64,000 bases of DNA. Source: Candidatus Limnocylindrales bacterium. Its GTDB lineage: Bacteria; Chloroflexota; Limnocylindria; Limnocylindrales; CSP1-4. Position 1 is the first letter of the stretch. Each line of letters starts with the position of its first letter. Below, piece after piece: positions 59,493-64,000 of this stretch. The stretch spans positions 36,494-100,493 of the forward strand of contig JBBRRZ010000011.1 of assembly GCA_038245845.1 (NCBI GenBank). Direction: 5' to 3'. A program made the position numbers and the translations under genes. Under the pieces are notes generated by a model. The model was not told the DNA's origin. It made no database searches and worked only from the letters and a program-made list of their open reading frames with translations.

Positions 59493-62400
59493 TCAGCCGC
59501 GGGTGCGCCTCTTCGCCTCGCGGAGCCTCGCGAGCGTGTCGTCCGCGCCCGTCGGCACCGCCGCGGATGGGGCGGGCGGTGGCCCGGACGCGGCCGGGGC
59601 GGACGGCGGAGCGAGGGGAGCCGCCGCCAGCGGCGAGGTGGGCCGGACCGGTGAGGCCGGGGGAGGCGCGGGGAGTCGGGTCGGAACCGCATGGGGGGTG
59701 GCAGCCGGGGCGTTCGCAGGCGCAACCGCCGTCGCACCGACGGGGACGACGCCCTCGGACTCCTCCGCAGCCTGGCGCAGGATCGCAGACCGGGCGCCGG
59801 CGGAGCCGGCCCGGCCGCGGGCAGCGAACAGGTCCTCGGTCTGCTGGGTCCGGCCGGCGACCCTCCGGCCGCGGACCCGGTCGGACACCCAGCGGCGACC
59901 GTCGGCGAGCTCGCGGCGGCCGAGCGAGACGCGCCGCAGCGCGATGTCCAGCGGCCACAGGAGGAGCGCGAGGACGAGCAGCCACGGCCACAGGTCCGTA
60001 TACCGGCTGGTCGTCTGGAGATCGTGGACCCAGACCTCGTCGGGTGTCGTGACCTCGACGCCGCCGGTGGCGTTGCGGATCGCCGCGAGGAGCGGCTCAT
60101 TGGCGCCCAGGAGCCGGTACTCTGCGGGCGTCGGCGCGACCAGGCCGAGCGTCCGGCCCAGCGCCTGCTCACCGGCCTTGACCTGCGTCACCCGTACCGC
60201 GTAGGCGCCGCTATCGAGGGACGCGATCGGCGACTCGTAGACGCCGGGCGCCACCTGGCTGAGGTCGACCGTCGCAGTCGTCAGATCCGGCCCGACCAGC
60301 GCGACGGATGTCTTGTAGAAGTCCCGCCCGGAGCCGTCCGCGTTCACGCTCTCGACGCGCAGCCAGGTGCGGCCGCCGCGGTCGACGAAGGACGCCTCGA
60401 TGCCACCGCTCTCCTCGCCCGGGAACGTCCAGCCGACCATCTGGCTGAAGAACTTGGAGAACCCGGCCCAGCCGACCCAGTTCTTCGCCCAGCGGCCCGT
60501 GGAGTCCGACGTCCAGGCCACCGACCGACCCAGGCCGTACTGCCACTGCGCGAGGAGCGGATCGTCGCGCGCCGTGACGAGGACCGTCTGGGCAGCGGAC
60601 TTGGCGGTGGTGCCGTTGTAGCCGAGGAGGCTCGGAAGGCCACCGTCGATGCCCCGCAGGATGGGCGATGACGAGGTGAGGATCGGGAAGAACTTCTCCT
60701 CGACGATCTGCTGGCCCGAGACCTGCTGGGTCTCCTTGAGGAAGATGTCCGGGATCGAGGCCGGGTTCGCCGCGGCGTAGAACCGGCCGCCACCGTTCCG
60801 CGCCAGCTGCTCCAGGAACGGGTTGGCGCCGCCGCCCGCGCCGACGGTCGAGAGCGTGATGCCAGCGGCCTTCATCTCCTTGAGGATCGCGTCGTACTGG
60901 CCGCTGGTCGACCAGCCGTCGGTCAGCAGGATGATGTGGCGGCGCGTGGCACTCGTGGTCTTGAGCGACTGCACGGCCTGGTCGAGGCCCGCGAAGATGT
61001 TCGTCTGCCCATCGGGCTGGATGCCGGCGATCGCGCCCTTGAGGTCGGTGATCCCGCCGAGGTTCGCCGTGTGGACGACCCAGTGCGCGGTGGAGTCGAA
61101 GGCGACCACTCCGAGCTGGTCCTGGGCGTTCATCGCGGAGGCTGCGCGCAGGATCGCCTCCTTGCCGATGTCGACCTTGCGCACGCCCGCGAGCCCCGCG
61201 CCGCCGCCGCCCATGCCCCCGTTGAACGAGTTGCAATGGCAGGCGTCCATCGACCCCGACTTGTCGATGACGACGACAAGCGCGACATCGGGCTGCTTCT
61301 GGCGGTCGCGCACGCCCATGTCGACCGGGAGCGTCTCCTCGAGCGCGGTGTCGGTGTAGCCACCCGCACCGTAGCTCCGCGGCCCGCCGACCATGACGAG
61401 CCCCCGCCCGAGGTCCCGGACATAGACCTGGAGCGCCGTCAGCGCCTTGTCCGTCAGCCGCAGGCGCGGCACATCGACGAGCACGATCGAGTCGTAGTCT
61501 GCGAGCCCGGTGAGGTCGGACGGCAGCCCCTCGGGGATGACCGTGTCGACCTTCTGCCGTTCCGTGCCCAGGGCCGCGACGAGCTGGGCGGCAACGTCCT
61601 CGTCGCCCTTGACCACGAGGACCCGCGGCTCGCCCTTGACGATCGTGTTGGCGTCGGCACGGTCGTTCTGGTTGAACGTGTCCCGCGCGGCCTCGACCGC
61701 GATCCGGAAGCGGAGGAAGCCCGGGTCCCTGGGCGTGAACGTGAAGGCCACGTGGTTGCTGCCCTGCGCAAGGTCCACGGGCTGCGTCTTCACGAGCTCG
61801 CCGTTGACGAACAGGCGTGCGGTCGCGGGCTGGGCGGCGGTCGACGTGATGTCTGCGCTGACGTCGATCGACTCCCCGAGCCGTGCGGTGGACGGCGAGA
61901 CCAGCCGCTCCACGAGCACCTCGTCGCGCCCGCCGAGGCCGACGAGACGCGTCTCGACCTGGATGCCGCGCGCGGCGGCGAGCGCCGCCTCCGCCTGGCC
62001 GGATCCCGTCGTGTCGTTGCCGTCCGAGAGCAGGACGATCCGCTTCTGGGCGTCGTCCGGGAACAGCGCCGCCGCGAGCCGCAGCGCGGCGCCGATGTCC
62101 GTGGCTGACTGGACGGGGGTGGAGGCGATCCGGTCGATCTCCGCGAGGTCCGACGGGAGGCGCTCTACCAGGGCGTCGCTGCCGAAGGCGACGATCCCCG
62201 CGACGTCCTCGTCCTGCTTTGCGGCGAGCGCCTCCCGGATGTAGGCCAGCGACTCCTCGCGACCCTGGGTGCCGACCGAGTCCGACAGGTCGGTGACGAA
62301 CACGACCGCGAGGCGGTCAACCGGCAGGATCAGCTGCAGCCCGGCGAGCGCGAACACGAGCGCCGACAGCAGCCCGATCCTGATCGCCAGCGCCGCCCGA

Positions 62401-62510
62401 CGCCGCCCGACACCCAGGCGCCGACGCGAGGTCGCGTGGAGGACGATGACGATCGCCAGCAGGACCGGGAGCAGTCCCAGCGCCAGCGGCGCGTCGAAGC
62501 CCGCGCCCAT
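59493..62510 (-). CDS. Membrane protein with two von Willebrand factor A domains flanking a GATase1/DJ-1-like module, C-terminal TM and Pro-rich tail (BatA/BatB-like)
   Basis: N-terminal TM (LALGLLPVLLAIVIVL...), VWA1 MIDAS VVFVTDLSDSVG, central PRVLVVKGDED...VLVDVP...MVGG, VWA2 VVVIDKSGSMD...LLTDG, C-terminal TM LWPWLLVLALLLWPL. The ATG at 62510 overlaps the upstream stop (ATGA). The 5' 284 codons of the track ORF are a frame artefact. Confidence 0.75.
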   Translation of the reverse strand: MGAGFDAPLALGLLPVLLAIVIVLHATSRRRLGVGRRRAALAIRIGLLSALVFALAGLQLILPVDRLAVVFVTDLSDSVGTQGREESLAYIREALAAKQDEDVAGIVAFGSDALVERLPSDLAEIDRIASTPVQSATDIGAALRLAAALFPDDAQKRIVLLSDGNDTTGSGQAEAALAAARGIQVETRLVGLGGRDEVLVERLVSPSTARLGESIDVSADITSTAAQPATARLFVNGELVKTQPVDLAQGSNHVAFTFTPRDPGFLRFRIAVEAARDTFNQNDRADANTIVKGEPRVLVVKGDEDVAAQLVAALGTERQKVDTVIPEGLPSDLTGLADYDSIVLVDVPRLRLTDKALTALQVYVRDLGRGLVMVGGPRSYGAGGYTDTALEETLPVDMGVRDRQKQPDVALVVVIDKSGSMDACHCNSFNGGMGGGGAGLAGVRKVDIGKEAILRAASAMNAQDQLGVVAFDSTAHWVVHTANLGGITDLKGAIAGIQPDGQTNIFAGLDQAVQSLKTTSATRRHIILLTDGWSTSGQYDAILKEMKAAGITLSTVGAGGGANPFLEQLARNGGGRFYAAANPASIPDIFLKETQQVSGQQIVEEKFFPILTSSSPILRGIDGGLPSLLGYNGTTAKSAAQTVLVTARDDPLLAQWQYGLGRSVAWTSDSTGRWAKNWVGWAGFSKFFSQMVGWTFPGEESGGIEASFVDRGGRTWLRVESVNADGSGRDFYKTSVALVGPDLTTATVDLSQVAPGVYESPIASLDSGAYAVRVTQVKAGEQALGRTLGLVAPTPAEYRLLGANEPLLAAIRNATGGVEVTTPDEVWVHDLQTTSRYTDLWPWLLVLALLLWPLDIALRRVSLGRRELADGRRWVSDRVRGRRVAGRTQQTEDLFAARGRAGSAGARSAILRQAAEESEGVVPVGATAVAPANAPAATPHAVPTRLPAPPPASPVRPTSPLAAAPLAPPSAPAASGPPPAPSAAVPTGADDTLARLREAKRRTRG

Positions 62511-64000
62511 CAGCGGGCTCCTCCGGCGGTTCCGGCGGGTCGCGATCGCCCGATGCGCGTCGCGATCGCGCGGCGGAGGCGGGCCAGCGTGTCGCGCTCG
62601 TAGACGAGCCACTCCACGGTGAGCACGAGCAGGGCGATGAGGACGACGGGGATCCACAGCTCGTCGCGGGCGTTGGGCCGCTGGGCGGCCTCCGGCGCCG
62701 CGCTGCCGGTCCCCGGGCTCGCACCGGCGCCGGGGCTCGCAGCCGGGCTTGCGCCGGTCGTCGGGCTGGCCCCTGGTGCGCGGCCGAGCGCAGTGAGCGT
62801 CGCCACGTCGCCGGGCGCGATCCGGGATTCGTCCACGTCGAGCAGGTCCACCGCGAACCGGACCGGCGCGCCGGGATCCGCGGGCCGGAAGGTCGGCGAC
62901 GCGCCGGGCGATCCACCCGCGCCAGTCCCCGCCGACGCCGACGGGGACGCCGACCCGGGTGACGTGCCCGGGGACGACGGGGGCGATGCCTGCGGATCGG
63001 GGATACCGGTCACCGCGTAGACGCCCAGGAGGTCCGTCCGTGCGAAGGTCACGGTGGCCGCGTCCTTCGTGGGTGCGACGAGGTCGTCGACGCTGCCGTC
63101 GGGGCGGGTGACGCGGACGCCGTTGGCGCCCTCCGGGATGGCGAGCGTCACCGGCGCCCCGGGGGCGATCGCGTCGGCCGGGGTCGTGGAGCCGCCCAGC
63201 AGCTCGCCCGCGAGGTTGGCCAGGAGCACCGGGAACGCGACCTGGAGCGGCAGGTCGGAGCGGCTGGGCTCGAACGCCAGCACGGCGGCCGGTCGCCCGT
63301 CGAGCGAGCCCGAGTACAGAAGGGGAGCGTTCGCCGGACCAGGGATGACCGCTCGGGCCCACGCCGGCAGCTCCAGCTTCTTCGCGTCCGCCACGTGGAC
63401 GGTCGAGAGGTCGACGTAGCGCAGGATCGGGTCAGTCGTGTCGACGCTGCCGATGCCCGGGTTCGTCAGGGTGCCCGTCACCTCCCCGAGCGCGGACGAG
63501 CGCGGCGGCGCGATCGCGAGGACTGGCTTCGCCGGCAGCGTCGCCGGCAGGTAATCCTCGAAGATGATCAGGTCGAACAGCTCGGGCTTGGTCTGCGGCC
63601 CGTACTTGTCGGGCGTGACGCCATAGAGCTCCGTGTCGGGCAGGTACGACAACGCGGTCTCGAGATACGGGTCGCCCGGGCTCACGAGCAGGATCGTCCG
63701 CAGCCGCGCCGGGGGCACGATGGCCCACGCCCGGTCGTCCACCGCGAGCGCGTCCGCCGCGACCGTCGATGACTCGTCTTTCGCGGTGAGCCGGACCTCG
63801 ACCACCGATGCCGGGTGATCGGGATCGTCGATGTCGTCGATCGAGACGTCGGTCCGGCGCTGCGGGTCCAGCTTGATCGTGCGCGCCTCGCGCAGCTGGC
63901 CGTCGGCGTACAGCTCGATCCGGCGCTCGACCATCGTGAGGCCGAGGTTCGCCACCGAGATGAACGCCGAGTGCGACAGCCCGCTCGGCGCGTTCCGGAC
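62510..64000 (-). CDS. Large Bat/VWA-associated membrane protein, 5' end beyond the window (partial)
   Basis: The open frame runs to the window edge. Pro/Ser/Gly-rich linker and C-terminal TM IPVVLIALLVLTVEWLVYERD. Stop overlaps the downstream VWA gene start. Confidence 0.55.
   Translation of the reverse strand, partial: VRNAPSGLSHSAFISVANLGLTMVERRIELYADGQLREARTIKLDPQRRTDVSIDDIDDPDHPASVVEVRLTAKDESSTVAADALAVDDRAWAIVPPARLRTILLVSPGDPYLETALSYLPDTELYGVTPDKYGPQTKPELFDLIIFEDYLPATLPAKPVLAIAPPRSSALGEVTGTLTNPGIGSVDTTDPILRYVDLSTVHVADAKKLELPAWARAVIPGPANAPLLYSGSLDGRPAAVLAFEPSRSDLPLQVAFPVLLANLAGELLGGSTTPADAIAPGAPVTLAIPEGANGVRVTRPDGSVDDLVAPTKDAATVTFARTDLLGVYAVTGIPDPQASPPSSPGTSPGSASPSASAGTGAGGSPGASPTFRPADPGAPVRFAVDLLDVDESRIAPGDVATLTALGRAPGASPTTGASPAASPGAGASPGTGSAAPEAAQRPNARDELWIPVVLIALLVLTVEWLVYERDTLARLRRAIATRIGRSRPAGTAGGAR

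Noticed and set aside
59493-63362. Single 1289-aa ORF in the track
   Set aside because: Its first 284 codons overlap the 3' end of the upstream Bat-like gene in another frame and are Arg/Pro-rich. The true gene starts at the ATG at 62510 (PLMGAGF...), which overlaps the upstream stop.

Overview
High-GC (about 70%+) chromosomal segment, most likely from an actinobacterium (gene content and codon usage; the class is not determinable from sequence alone). The coding density is high, and many long antisense ORFs in the six-frame track are GC-skew artefacts. No rRNA, tRNA or CRISPR array was recognised. Core content: (1) metX-metY methionine genes, with a terminator-like hairpin in the metY leader. 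(2) An OmpR-type two-component system followed by two tandem paralogous small secreted SHOCT-repeat proteins. (3) A TPP-riboswitch-controlled ThiY-like binding protein plus permease. (4) A repeat-rich intergenic island, then an APH-like kinase and a GT1 glycosyltransferase. (5) An aldehyde dehydrogenase, maltokinase and SIS protein. (6) A nearly complete coproporphyrin-dependent heme pathway, hemA, fused hemC-hemD, hemB, hemL, hemE, hemH, a radical-SAM/SPASM AhbD-like gene and hemY, plus a second ferrochelatase translationally coupled to hemQ (chdC), with feoAB next to it. (7) mutY, nnr, glpD, and a Gly/Tyr-rich double zinc-ribbon protein. (8) A 2-oxoacid dehydrogenase cluster (lpd, E1 alpha, E1 beta, E2) with lipA. 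(9) A multiply frameshifted PAS sensor pseudogene, an adenosine deaminase, and an ArsR-like regulator divergent from an acyl-CoA dehydrogenase. (10) A minus-strand cell-surface block: a class F-like sortase with a 27-bp tandem-repeat linker, a lipoprotein, a 722-aa secreted protein of unknown function and two large VWA/Bat-like membrane proteins running off the window end. The most unusual signals are the SHOCT paralog pair under the two-component system and the AhbD-like radical SAM gene inside an otherwise oxygen-dependent heme operon that also has duplicated ferrochelatases.
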